A DNA stretch of 52,939 bases, filler included, from Ionaspis alba (lineage: Eukaryota): NCBI GenBank assembly GCA_964255285.1. It is 2 parts of 2 records of this genome, joined end to end, with 100 filler letters (N's around TTAATTAATTAA, not from the genome) between each part and the next. Parts side by side here need not be neighbours in the genome. Positions count along the whole stretch, not along the records: positions 1 to 26,424 come from CAXUUL010000146.1; 1 more part is not named here. One strand, 5' to 3'. The notes under the pieces are model-generated. The model did no database searches, was not told where the DNA came from, and worked only from the letters and a program-made list of their open reading frames with translations. Below, one piece after another: positions 1 to 10,369 of this stretch; positions within the stretch are counted from its first letter, which is position 1; each line of letters opens with the position of its first letter. The position numbers and the translations under genes were made by a program.

Positions 1-371
1 GTCTCTGGGAGGGAGGGGATGAGAGTTGGTGTGCCCAGTGAGTGGGAGGCAGCGCCTGTGGGGAGGGTGTTTTGGGGAAGAGGCGAGAAGGCAGGAGGGT
101 GAAATGGCTGTGTTACAGGTCCTAAAGGGTTGCGAAGAGATTGTGCAGAGTTGTGATGGTGCAATATCTGGCACACATTCATGAGAGCTCGGTCTGGGAA
201 TGCCACTGAGCTCACATGCTGCGCGGATAAAATCGGAGGGATAGGCTTGGTCACTGTTGGAGAAAGAGGCATGAGAGGTTGAATATACTATCCTCATCAT
301 CATGAGTCCGAAATAGTTCGGGGACCGAATCTAATCCATCTATGCCTATGCTATGCCGCTAAAAAGCAGGT

Positions 372-3300
372 TCAGAAAATCAAGTTCTCCAGTCCAATCC
401 TTTCCTGCCTCCGTGACATCGCACCTTGTCCATCATCGAAAGCAGGTAGACCCGCAACCACGTCAAAGAAGCGGTCGACCTGTGCCAGAAAGCTTGCTCT
501 CTCTTCCTCTAAAGTCCCTATATCTATGCGGACCTCTCGGCGAGTATTGCCTCTTACTAGGTAGAAACGACCATCGTGCTCTGACCACTGTTTACCGAGT
601 GTCTCCATCAATTCAGTCGCTGTGAAGGAGCGTATGGTCTGTATCCGTGTGTCGACCACCTCTGGTTCTGGAAGGATATCCGGTCCCTGGACTTCTGGCT
701 CTCCATTCACAAGCGAGGCTACGAAGCCCGAGAGAACTTTCATGGCAGTTACAGCTCGGAACGCAGGTTGCTGATCGTCACGAAGCCGTGTAATGTAATC
801 GAAAGTCGGTAGTGCCGCTGTCGTGACAGCAAAGTACGACGCCAACGTTCTGAGTATTCTTGGCTGTTGGACTAAGCTTACCTCGTTAGCTAACATCGTC
901 AATGACATCTGAAAGCTTCCGAGTAGAGTCATAATGGTCTCCTCGACTGCATCAATACTACGCTCGTTGGCTCCGTCTAGATCTTGACGTATGTTTCCCA
1001 TCAATTTTTGCAGTGCTTGTAGAATAGGCACCGCCAGCAGCCAGGCGCAAGACGTACTTATGGCTAGCTCAATGTAGACTGGAAAGATGGCTTGTACCAG
1101 GAAGGATCGTAGCGTTGGCTTAGACGAGTCGCCATGTTCGAAGGTATTTGACATTGCTGTGTATAGTTGCTCGACCAAGTACTGTTGTTGACCATCCACG
1201 GCAGCACGTTCTGACACTGTTTGAATAAAGGCAGCCAATTGCTTCGGAATCCTAGAGTCCTGCAATCGAAGACCATAGTTCCTAAGGCGACCAACTACAT
1301 ACGTCGGATCAGTAGCAGGTAGTGGGAACGCAGCAGAATCTGTGAAGTATCGATCCACAGGCAGAATCTCAGCACTGTATTGCTGCAAGGATTCCACCAC
1401 TTTCTGTACAAAGTCGACATAGGCTCCTCGAACCCATGAGCCGTGTCCCAGTTCCTGGTAATTGTGTTTCATGCTGCACATCAAAGTCTGGAGAATGTCA
1501 ACATACTCTTGCTTCTGAGAGACTCGGTCGGACAGATTGTGGTAGGTACTGAAATCCAAAGACTCTCGCATGTTTGCCAGTATGCTTGAGATGAGAGACA
1601 GGCGACGATTCCGAAAATCTGATGCAGATACACTGAACTGTCCAGTGGTTGAGTTTGCCGAGAATGGGAGATTGACTAGTAACGGGTTGTCATAGTCCGA
1701 ATTGATGATCATAGCCGTCAACTGATGTTGAAATTTGAGCAGCGACTCCCGTTCAACTAGGGAAGATACCCAGGTCCTGAAGAGGTGGTCTTTACACTCC
1801 TCGTACATGCCGTTTTCAACTTCGATTATCTTTGCAAGAAAGAACGGTGTGAACTTCCGAGTCTGTTCAGTGTCTCCAAGTGACGTCCAGCTGTCCGGTC
1901 CGTAAGGGCCCAGATAACTTTCCCAAGTCCTTGTGCCACCTTTGACTGCCAATTGAGCTATGGAACTCCAGGTCTCGACGAGCTTGGTCAGGATGGGGTC
2001 CTCGGGAACTACGTCCGCCCCGAAGCAATTCGATAGGAGACGACGTATAGAATTGTAAATTGGATCATCCGTGTGACTATCGTTCTTTTTCATGTCGTCG
2101 AAACCAAAATCCTCGTCAAAAACTGATGACCCATCAAATCCCTGACTGTCAATATTGCTGCTTGAGGACCGACAACGCTTGTTGTAAGCCAGAACGACTT
2201 CGAGTGCTTCGATTACGACCATGTTGATGCGAGGGTGCTTGGCATCAAAGAGACCGAAAACTCCGGTTAGTATCTTGGGCATGAGCTTCGTGGCATGTTC
2301 AACACTACGAGCCGCTTCGATTGCCTTCCTGAGTGAAACCAGGGCGTCGGCGAGGATTGCCTCCACATGACGCTGGTTCCTGGCAATGGTCGAATCTTGA
2401 AGCTCCCGTGTTACAATACAGCCACCTACACACTCGGCTCGATTCACTTCAATCTCGACTTCAGTACGGGCAAGTTTGTGCTGCCGGAGAATCTGCTCGA
2501 CAAGGTCACTGTACCAGTCGGCAAATGGTTCGAGGCTCTTGATTGGCTCATCTGTAGACAATTGAAAGCGGACGAGATTGGACCAGGATCTTATATTGAT
2601 GTGACACACTTCCCGATGGGAATCTTCGAGATGAACCAGGTTTTGGATGACGCTTATGCGAGGCCGGGAACCTGCAGGTGAGGCCCAGTACAAGGTGCAC
2701 AGCAGATCGTGATGATTCCGTAATGCATCTAGGTCCTCTCGACGGATGGCCTCGTCCTTCGGGTGAGTTCGGCTGTGATTGGGCATCAGACGAAACACAA
2801 TCCCACTGATCTTCTTGTCCGAGTAAATCGACTGCATGCCCCGTAGGCCTGTACCGAGAATCTTGAGCAGAATATGGAAGCAGCGGTCCTCCTTGCGATA
2901 TGCTAGATTGGGCTTGTCCGCGAGATTCTCGAGGAAAACAGGAGACCCAGAGCTTTCTTCATTGTGGAGGTTCGCCAAATTGTTCTTGGCAAAGAAATCA
3001 AATAGAGTACCGATAATGGATTCGCACTTCCTCCAGCCCCATGCCTTGATCAGATACAGACAGCGCGCCAAGATGGTCCGGCAGTAGGAGTTGAACGTGA
3101 CTCCTTGTCCTTTGGGATTCTGCAAGTACGACTGAAGTACTGGCTTGACTAGCGATGTCACAGTCTCCCAATCGTCAGGGGTGTCCTTAGACCATTGCTT
3201 AGAGCTGACTTTGCCTTTCGGGTCGAAGCCAAGTAGGGGTAAGACGTGAAACAATTCGTTCCATCGCCGATCTAAATCCGAAGCACTGAGCGAACGGGTG

Positions 3301-6300
3301 GTATTCGAAGGCTTGCTGGAGGCATTCAGAACGCTCCAAAAAGATCCAATGGAGGAGTTGTCTTGCTTCGACGTATGGAATAGAATGACTATCGTTTCCA
3401 CGATGTACTGGTCTGCGCGAAGTCCACATTGAGGAATAAACATGCTCTTGCAGTCCCTCAGTAAAGACCGTATTTGATCGAATTTGTCATGAGAGATGAG
3501 ACTCGAAGTTCGTCGAGTTGCAGCATCCAGTAAGGATTGGATTTCTTGCCTCAGCGAGGAAGTTATCAAGTCGTGGGCTGCAATGTGGCGGAGTTGATTG
3601 AGCAGAACTACACATCGTGCGGACAATCGCGTGCAGAACATTTGGGAGGATGAGTTTGGAGCGGAAGAAGCCGTTAATGTACTCCGAGGCGAACTGATAG
3701 TGTCGTCAAGATCACCTAAAAGCATCAAAAGCAAGTCGGTACATTTCCGTGCAAAGGAGCGTCGGTCGATCGGATCGAGAAAGAATAGATTGTCAGACAG
3801 GTATTGAATGAGCGACTCTTGAATGAAGATAGCATCCTTCATTTCATTGTCTGAGCATGAGGCAATCCCATCTTTGCGGCGGACCTGTTCCAGAGCCTCA
3901 GAAAGTCTGCTGAATGCTAAGCTCAATTCTGTCGACACATTGTCGTTCCATGGACCCCATTGGAAGGACTTCCCGTTGTTCTTCATTACTACCGAAGGTC
4001 GAGGTTGGTCAAGATCCCGCGTTAAGATCGTCGTAAGACTCTTGTTAAAGGCGCCACTGCCGATGAAGGTTTCTCGATGAAAGTGAAGACCCAAAGGCAA
4101 AGGTTCAACGCCAAAGTCGACAGGATAATCTGTTCCGAAGGATCCAAGGCATTTGAGTAGCGATTTCGTGGTCGTGTGTTCCTTCGGGGTCTCTTTTTCA
4201 TTATTTGGATGTATTTGACTAAGGCTAGGAGGGCTACTCTGTCGATACTGTGATACAGAAATGTTGATATGCTGCGGAGGCCTTTTCCGCGGCTGAGGTT
4301 GCGGTCTCGATATAGTCTCTGTCAACGAATGTTTGTACGGTCCCTGTGCCTTGTCTATGGACTTCGAAGTAGGAGGACTCGTGGATCTAGGCTCGGGGGA
4401 GTCCAAAAATCTCTCTAGCATGAGGTTCTGCACTTGAGGTTGACGATCAGAGTTCAGCACATTATTATGACCCAATCTTAAACCTCTATCGGAGCTTACA
4501 AGCCCAGCACTCCCTTCTAGTGACTCTAATACCGCAGGTTTGTATGACGCAGAAGTCCGCAGAGATGAAGAGATCCGTGGTTTTCGAGCTCGCCCTCTTT
4601 TTTGAGCTGCAGTAGGCAAGGTTCTTTCGAGTGAGCGCTGCTCTCTGGGACGTCGGGAAGATTGCCGGCGAAGAGCCTCTTCAAGTGTCGTTTGTACTTT
4701 TCTAACCTTCCTACCTTCCGGTCGTTTTGTCGAACGATGAAGTGTGCTCTTATAGGCTTCACGCTCAGCCCGCGGATATGTAAGAGCTGGTGGAGTTTGT
4801 TCGTTCGCCGAACGAGCTGTCAGAGGCCTGCGCGTGGACGTTCTGTTAGGTTGATAATTCGTCGAGGGTGTCAATGGAGGGGCCAATGTCCCTTCACGCC
4901 ATGGTCTCAAGGTCTCTTCAACATCAGCCGTATCGTCCTTTGTGGCGAGGCAAAAGAATTTTCTGTGGGGAGTTTGCTGTCCTTCATCAGCTCTTAGGCG
5001 TGCTATCCTAGCAGCAACTCGCACAAATCTCGGTGCAGCCTGTATTTCCTCTAGAGGTATTGTATCAAGTATGCTTAAGGAAGGGAGGCGAAACTTGGGA
5101 GCCTGCTGCTGAGTGTTCCGTTCTCTAATGACATGGTCCAGCATCTTTGGCTGCCGAGTGACGCGAAGGGGCTGTATTTGGAAAAGACCAGTACGTATAT
5201 CCGTTCGTCTTGTTCTGACTTTCCGTGGCCCCAATACAGAAGCATTATTGGAAGCACGAAACCTTGGTGGAAGCATTCGATCGATATCGTTATCCTCCAT
5301 GAAATCCAGCGATTCTGTAATAATGGTGGAAGTATCATCGAGGCCGTCATTCAACTTAATGTTTGCAGACGTCTGGATTTCAGAAGCTGTCGTATCGTCT
5401 TCATCCGAAGTGGCATCATCTGATATCTCAAACGGACCTTCTGCAGGAGCCAATTCCCCAGGCCCTTCTCCGCGCCTCGATAGGGGGCGAGCAACACCCC
5501 GCTGATTGTCCTTTCTGATAGGTGAAACGTTGGTGGCTCGGACTGTGGTACTTCCTGGTTTGAATTTCGGCGGTTGGGTTTTCAAATCCAATCTAAGCCA
5601 AGAAGCAGGGAGGACGCCTTTAATTTTACGCTGCACGCGACGAATCTGATATGCTCTATCACTTTCGGAGGAGGAGCTGTCTACCGTGATCTGATTGCCA
5701 GAAGTCTGGCGAGTCTCGAGCCCGGAATCCGCTTCTTCGTCAACCTCGGAAGAACTAGCTAACTCGATCCTCTGCGGTCCTCGGCCTTCAGACGAAGGCA
5801 CAGGTGTCTGTAGCTGGACAGGAGCAACACCTGCGGGATAGTGAAATCCATCAATTATTACAATGCTTGGAGATGCGGGTGCTGGTGATGTTGATAGCGG
5901 AGGTGATGGACGATTTTCCAAAGACCTACTGAGCTTGGCTCGTGGCAATGAATCTAAGACCGGTGGCCCATCCAGAGATCTCAGAGGTGTTGTTCGCGAC
6001 GGGGCTGCCTGAAACCCGTGCTTCTTGGGGAAGATGTGAGCAGTTTTCTTGCGCTTGAAACCCTGGTAAGAAACACCAGAGATCGGCTGACGCAACAAAG
6101 TTTCGACGTCCGGGAACTCATCCTTATCAAGTTCAGCTGCTTGGGTTCGCAGTGGACTGGAATGTGAGCTTGGTGCCCTGGGAGGAGATGTAGAGGCAAT
6201 ATCTTGTGTCACATCGTCATTATTGATGAATTGGCTGTCGTCATCAGCGGCGACATCGTTATCTTGCGAGCGGTCGCTACTAGCATCATTATTGTCAGGC

Positions 6301-7241
6301 TTTTCTTGGTTGATTTTGATCGGTTTTACGCCACGAGCTTGCAAGATCTGCCGATATCGTTCTCCTTCAAGCACATACGGATGGAGTTGGATCGCATTCC
6401 GTTGACGGAACACTCGAGTCGGCGGTCGGCTCTCCGCTGCGTCACTCCCTGATATAAGCCGTTGGGGAAGTGACTGGGGATCCTTGAAAGTCGCCTTCTT
6501 AATCTCTGCTCGCGCCAGTGGTAGGTTTGCTGATATGCTATGCAATTTTCCATCTACAGAGTCAGCAGTTGGACTTATGGAAGGTGATCGAGAAGGGTCA
6601 GTTAGAGGTGATGAGAGAATCGAATTTGGTAGAGCTGTCCGAGTTTTGAGCGTGGAGGACGAGTTCTGGGCATGTACTGAGGTCGGAGTTTTCTGCAAGA
6701 GCTCAGTGGCAAATTGTATCGCAGGGAGCGCGGGCGACGACTGTATATCCTGATCCTGTTGGAGCTCATCGACATCTTTCTCATCTAGAAAGTCTTTATT
6801 GTACCGAGAACGGAAGGTTTTTAGACTTCTCTGGACAGTGCCTCGTCGTCTTAAGGAAGATGTTGTCGGTTGACCAAGTTGTAGCTCATCAATATCAGTA
6901 AAACCATCATCGTTCTCTGGGTTTCCGGTCGCGATGACTGGTGGCTGTTCGACCTGGGCTTCCTCTGACGGACATCTTTCCTCAAGGCGCAGTTGTATCT
7001 GAGTGCTCTCATTGCCCTTCCCGTCTCTTTGAAATCCGTTTTGCTGCGTAAACTTCGTGGCAGTCCTCAATAGCTCTGTCGACGTAGCCGTTGCAATTAT
7101 ACGCTCGTCAATGGCATCGATGTCTGGAAATCGATTCTGAGTGGGGTCGTGCTCTTGCTGGCTTTCAGCATTAGAGCTACTTAAAGCATCTCCTTCGTCT
7201 TCAGAGTCTGCGACATATTTTTGACGTCTCCAATCTGCCAT
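372..7241 (-). CDS. MMS22: Mus7/MMS22 family replication-fork repair protein
   Basis: 2289-aa intronless ORF. Long disordered N-terminus with RQRNAIQLHPY and RKIKGVLPASWLRLD, then a helical C-terminal region with WGWRKCESIIGTLFDFFAKNNLANL, DRCFHILLK and DLDALRNHHDLLCTLYWASP, typical of fungal Mus7/MMS22. Confidence 0.85.
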   Translation of the reverse strand: MADWRRQKYVADSEDEGDALSSSNAESQQEHDPTQNRFPDIDAIDERIIATATSTELLRTATKFTQQNGFQRDGKGNESTQIQLRLEERCPSEEAQVEQPPVIATGNPENDDGFTDIDELQLGQPTTSSLRRRGTVQRSLKTFRSRYNKDFLDEKDVDELQQDQDIQSSPALPAIQFATELLQKTPTSVHAQNSSSTLKTRTALPNSILSSPLTDPSRSPSISPTADSVDGKLHSISANLPLARAEIKKATFKDPQSLPQRLISGSDAAESRPPTRVFRQRNAIQLHPYVLEGERYRQILQARGVKPIKINQEKPDNNDASSDRSQDNDVAADDDSQFINNDDVTQDIASTSPPRAPSSHSSPLRTQAAELDKDEFPDVETLLRQPISGVSYQGFKRKKTAHIFPKKHGFQAAPSRTTPLRSLDGPPVLDSLPRAKLSRSLENRPSPPLSTSPAPASPSIVIIDGFHYPAGVAPVQLQTPVPSSEGRGPQRIELASSSEVDEEADSGLETRQTSGNQITVDSSSSESDRAYQIRRVQRKIKGVLPASWLRLDLKTQPPKFKPGSTTVRATNVSPIRKDNQRGVARPLSRRGEGPGELAPAEGPFEISDDATSDEDDTTASEIQTSANIKLNDGLDDTSTIITESLDFMEDNDIDRMLPPRFRASNNASVLGPRKVRTRRTDIRTGLFQIQPLRVTRQPKMLDHVIRERNTQQQAPKFRLPSLSILDTIPLEEIQAAPRFVRVAARIARLRADEGQQTPHRKFFCLATKDDTADVEETLRPWREGTLAPPLTPSTNYQPNRTSTRRPLTARSANEQTPPALTYPRAEREAYKSTLHRSTKRPEGRKVRKVQTTLEEALRRQSSRRPREQRSLERTLPTAAQKRGRARKPRISSSLRTSASYKPAVLESLEGSAGLVSSDRGLRLGHNNVLNSDRQPQVQNLMLERFLDSPEPRSTSPPTSKSIDKAQGPYKHSLTETISRPQPQPRKRPPQHINISVSQYRQSSPPSLSQIHPNNEKETPKEHTTTKSLLKCLGSFGTDYPVDFGVEPLPLGLHFHRETFIGSGAFNKSLTTILTRDLDQPRPSVVMKNNGKSFQWGPWNDNVSTELSLAFSRLSEALEQVRRKDGIASCSDNEMKDAIFIQESLIQYLSDNLFFLDPIDRRSFARKCTDLLLMLLGDLDDTISSPRSTLTASSAPNSSSQMFCTRLSARCVVLLNQLRHIAAHDLITSSLRQEIQSLLDAATRRTSSLISHDKFDQIRSLLRDCKSMFIPQCGLRADQYIVETIVILFHTSKQDNSSIGSFWSVLNASSKPSNTTRSLSASDLDRRWNELFHVLPLLGFDPKGKVSSKQWSKDTPDDWETVTSLVKPVLQSYLQNPKGQGVTFNSYCRTILARCLYLIKAWGWRKCESIIGTLFDFFAKNNLANLHNEESSGSPVFLENLADKPNLAYRKEDRCFHILLKILGTGLRGMQSIYSDKKISGIVFRLMPNHSRTHPKDEAIRREDLDALRNHHDLLCTLYWASPAGSRPRISVIQNLVHLEDSHREVCHINIRSWSNLVRFQLSTDEPIKSLEPFADWYSDLVEQILRQHKLARTEVEIEVNRAECVGGCIVTRELQDSTIARNQRHVEAILADALVSLRKAIEAARSVEHATKLMPKILTGVFGLFDAKHPRINMVVIEALEVVLAYNKRCRSSSSNIDSQGFDGSSVFDEDFGFDDMKKNDSHTDDPIYNSIRRLLSNCFGADVVPEDPILTKLVETWSSIAQLAVKGGTRTWESYLGPYGPDSWTSLGDTEQTRKFTPFFLAKIIEVENGMYEECKDHLFRTWVSSLVERESLLKFQHQLTAMIINSDYDNPLLVNLPFSANSTTGQFSVSASDFRNRRLSLISSILANMRESLDFSTYHNLSDRVSQKQEYVDILQTLMCSMKHNYQELGHGSWVRGAYVDFVQKVVESLQQYSAEILPVDRYFTDSAAFPLPATDPTYVVGRLRNYGLRLQDSRIPKQLAAFIQTVSERAAVDGQQQYLVEQLYTAMSNTFEHGDSSKPTLRSFLVQAIFPVYIELAISTSCAWLLAVPILQALQKLMGNIRQDLDGANERSIDAVEETIMTLLGSFQMSLTMLANEVSLVQQPRILRTLASYFAVTTAALPTFDYITRLRDDQQPAFRAVTAMKVLSGFVASLVNGEPEVQGPDILPEPEVVDTRIQTIRSFTATELMETLGKQWSEHDGRFYLVRGNTRREVRIDIGTLEEERASFLAQVDRFFDVVAGLPAFDDGQGAMSRRQERIGLENLIF

Positions 7242-7321
7242 CTGATGTATCAGACATAGTTTTGCTTGTCATGCAACCCGCTGTGAGGGGCAGACAACGC
7301 AGTATCTGAAGCATTTCTACA

Positions 7322-7385
7322 TCGCGAAGAACAGTCTTGCCGGTTGACGCGACTCAGCCCTACAACTTTTACGACACTAACGCGT
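7322..7385. promoter_or_regulatory. MCB-like elements in the bidirectional MMS22 promoter
   Basis: ACGCGT at 7380-7385, ACGCGA at 7347-7352 and TCGCGAA at 7322-7328, all within about 145 nt of the MMS22 ATG. This fits MBF control of a replication/repair gene (inference). Confidence 0.5.
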
Positions 7386-7447
7386 CGGATCTCAATATCG
7401 TCATCGGATCTGCCGTCGTTCTTTGCGTCTGACACTGCTCGATTGAT

Positions 7448-7950
7448 ATGAGCAAGGCAAAGGGTCTCTTCGGCTTGGTCTTAGCAACTACTTTTGGTGT
7501 TGTCAATGGCACGTCTGTTCCTGTAGATTGTTGAATATGTTCTAATAGAGTTCAGGCATTGTCATATTCGATCCGCTCCTGAAGGATCAGAAAAATCACG
7601 AAACTGAAAAAGAGCAGGGAGTTCTGACGACCAATGCATCTTCAATTACAACTTCAGCAACTGTTCAGGATGCCGTCGTCACCACCCCTGATCGTGCTAC
7701 CGCGAAAATCGATACTCCCGCTACAACTGATTTATCATCTCTTTGGACGACCTTGAAATTTTGGGGGAAGAGTCGCTCTTCAAAAGGGCCCACACAGGAG
7801 AAGCTCGAAAATCCAGCCACAGAGAGTGGGTCAGATTTGGCAGCTACTGCCGTAAAAGATATTCCAGGCAGCGTGAAGGAAAATCCAGTGTCGAGAGTGG
7901 CCGTTTCTGCCGCTCCAGCAAGGAACTCCTGGTGGCCCAGTTGGAAATAA
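7448..7950 (+). CDS. Small single-pass membrane protein (~151 aa), two exons joined by a GC-AG intron
   Basis: Exon 1 7448-7508; intron 7509-7555 (GCACGT..CTAAT..TTCAG); exon 2 7556-7950 is in frame with the 7753-7950 ORF. Product MSKAKGLFGLVLATTFGVVNGIVIFDPLLKDQK...SWWPSWK. Confidence 0.7.
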
Positions 7951-9463
7951 TGATGAATCGATCCTACTGAGGAAGTCAAACTCATACGGCCTTCTGATAT
8001 GAGCCTTCCATCCAACCGATTTCGAGGATAGCCTTGGTATCGCGGTCGCTATTGCATGCCGGATAGCGTTCCCTCATTGATATTAAAGTTCTTCAATGGC
8101 TCGAGACTCGAGGCTAGTTTCGGAGGAGACTTTTCATTTCTGCGATCTGTTCAGGGAAACTAGACCCTACGGATTACGAGTGGCGAAGACTAGCTTTGGG
8201 TTCTGACCTACTTGCCGAGGACGAGTATGTGAACCGACACAGGAGGGCCGGTTCAAATACCATAATGGAAACAACTGCAATTTTCATACTCCGAGCTTTG
8301 CAATCTCCGCAGATGGATTTGCATGCACTGGATAGGCACCTCTCTGTTGAGCTGCTATGAATCAAGTACAACGCAGCCCTAGTCTGTGTGGCTAGAAAAG
8401 TAGCCATTTTGTCGATCTGTGCAAGGTGATGGTACAGATCGTGATCTCCGTATGATACGTTCACCTTAGTTGTCATCTTTGGTTGCTGTTGAGCCGCTGC
8501 GGTTATCTGTTAGGGTAACCTCGAACTGTCTATCCCCTTCCATCCATACATTTCTACGACTGCTAGTTTTGCGCTGTAATGATGAATGCGGAGAACACGG
8601 ACGGGCGGCTAGATGGTGACCTTGCTGCGAACGGCTGCGAATGAGCAAGTGGAATACGGCATAGGACGCAGCTTCAATAGCATTCAGCTGGTCTGGCTTT
8701 TATAGAATAAAGCACTAGATCTTTTGGTGTGCATTTGCTAGACTTTGTATGCAGGTAAGGATCTGAAATACTCGATGATGCTGAGAGTGCGGGTCTATAC
8801 AGTGACGAGTTGTACATAGTGGGACTTTCAAATAAGCTTTTGCGAATCCTTGAATCGTGATTCTGAGTGGAAGGTCACTCAATTGCACGACGTGCATGAG
8901 CAATAAAGAGTGGAATTCGTGCTAAACTGCACCTAATGTGTGTGTGCTCAAGCGCTCGAATAGGCCACTATGTCTGAGCAAAAAGTGCTAGATTCCGGCA
9001 TGACAAAGGAAGTGCCGCCACTCAAACTTGAGACAGCCAGCTCGCACAGCCATTCGAGCAACAAAGTTCAACCCAAATGGATGGGGAAATCACAAGACTG
9101 CCGACAGTGGAATCTGCCACATGTGCCAATCAGTTCAGACCCTACCAGCCCTGGGACATGGGCAATAAGATGTGACCAATCAAGCAACCAGACAATCCAG
9201 CACAGACATCGACATGTTCCAATAAAATGGCTTCAGCCCTAAAGCTCGGCGTTTCAGACAGAAAAAAAAGCAATTGCGGTCATCGATGGAGTTCGGACGA
9301 TGCTGATCAGCCATTGATTTCCGCGATATGTCAAAAGAAGATATGTTGTTCGACGTCAACGAGTTCTTGAATCGACCAAACCATAAGAGACGCATTCGAA
9401 ATATCGTAGATGTAGATGCTTTTCGCTGGTCTTTGTATATCTAGTCGATGGAAGCTCGGTCGT

Positions 9464-10369
9464 TTACATGAACCCGCAGTTGCCGGTTGCGCCAGTGGCA
9501 GATCCAAGCGTGGCCTTGCCGCTGCCACCGGCACGGTTGCTTGTGTTGGTAGCAGTGGTATAGACATTGCGATAGGTAAAGTCCAAGACGGGGGTGCAGG
9601 TACGCGATGCTTTCTTCTTTTGCGAAGTAGCACCGTCCCCTGCCAAACCGTTGGTGGTGACATTGTTGCGAGCTGTCTCAACGTCAGATGGGTGAGCGTT
9701 GTGCAGTCAGGGCTGTAGACTTACCTCCCCCGGTCAAGTGAGAGTCCTGATGAGTTGAAGAACCACCCGAAAACTTAGGGTTTCCAGCCTTGGTGGAGGA
9801 CGCCGAGCCAACGCCACCGGAATTTGTTAGGGTTTCGCTTCCAGATCCTGCAGCACGCTGAACATGGGAAAGGTTGGTAGATCCGGCTTTCGTCATTTCG
9901 TTGCCAGCCCACTGAGTGTCTGCGCCACCCTTGGGCCCGATCATACCGTAGCGTTTGGTGGCGTTGTAGTACTTGGTCTGGCCAACATCTACGGTCGCAG
10001 TGAGCGTGCTGGTGGTGATGCCAGGAACTTGATGGCCACGACGCTCGGCGATAGTCTTGTCGACAGCATTGTGGACTGGCTGGGCAGTCTTGGCGGGTTT
10101 CTCAATATAGGTCGAAGAAGAACTGGTCGANNNNNNNNNNNNNNNNNNNNNNNNNNNNNNNNNNNNNNNNNNNNNNNNNNNNNNNNNNNNNNNNNNNNNN
10201 NNNNNNNNNNNNNNNNNNNNNNNNNNNNNNCTGGCTGGGCAGTCTTGGCGGGTTTCTCAATATAGGTCGAAGAAGAACTGGTCGAATACGGAGAAGGGGT
10301 GCTGCGGGCAGTTGACGACGGGGAAGGAGTTTTGCGTTGAGCAGACGCGGGAATGTTGGATTGAGGCAT
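9464..10369 (-). CDS. Ser/Thr/Gly-rich hypothetical protein (~232 aa after collapsing the gap) ending in CaaX-like CGFM
   Basis: ATG 10369 in a CAACAAGATG context. Removing the 100 N and the 55-nt duplicate gives an open frame to intron 9673-9724 (GTAAGT..CTGAC..CAG); exon 2 runs to TAA at 9464. A probable 5'-UTR intron lies at 10454-10528 (GTAAGT..GCTGAT..CAG). Confidence 0.7.
10076..10285. other. Assembly gap (100 N) flanked by an identical 55-nt duplicate, probably an unmerged contig overlap
   Basis: 10076-10130 is identical to 10231-10285, with N at 10131-10230. Collapsing the two copies restores the reading frame. Confidence 0.85.

Noticed and set aside
1..182. Minus-strand open frame MNVCQILHHH.. 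running off the window start
   Set aside because: C-rich low-complexity sequence that could be the 5' UTR or start of a gene outside the window; too little to call.
1064..6784. Many antisense and alternate-frame ORFs overlapping MMS22 (and likewise other long genes)
   Set aside because: Expected shadow ORFs of long coding regions, with no independent motifs.
8000..9400. Short ORFs or a possible transposon relic in a long intergenic stretch
   Set aside because: No transposase, RT or integrase motifs, no terminal repeats and no obvious RIP-like AT enrichment.
10076..10285. 55-nt direct repeat suggesting a tandem repeat, CRISPR-like unit or target-site duplication
   Set aside because: Both copies abut a round 100-N gap and collapsing them restores the reading frame, so an unmerged contig overlap is the simpler explanation.
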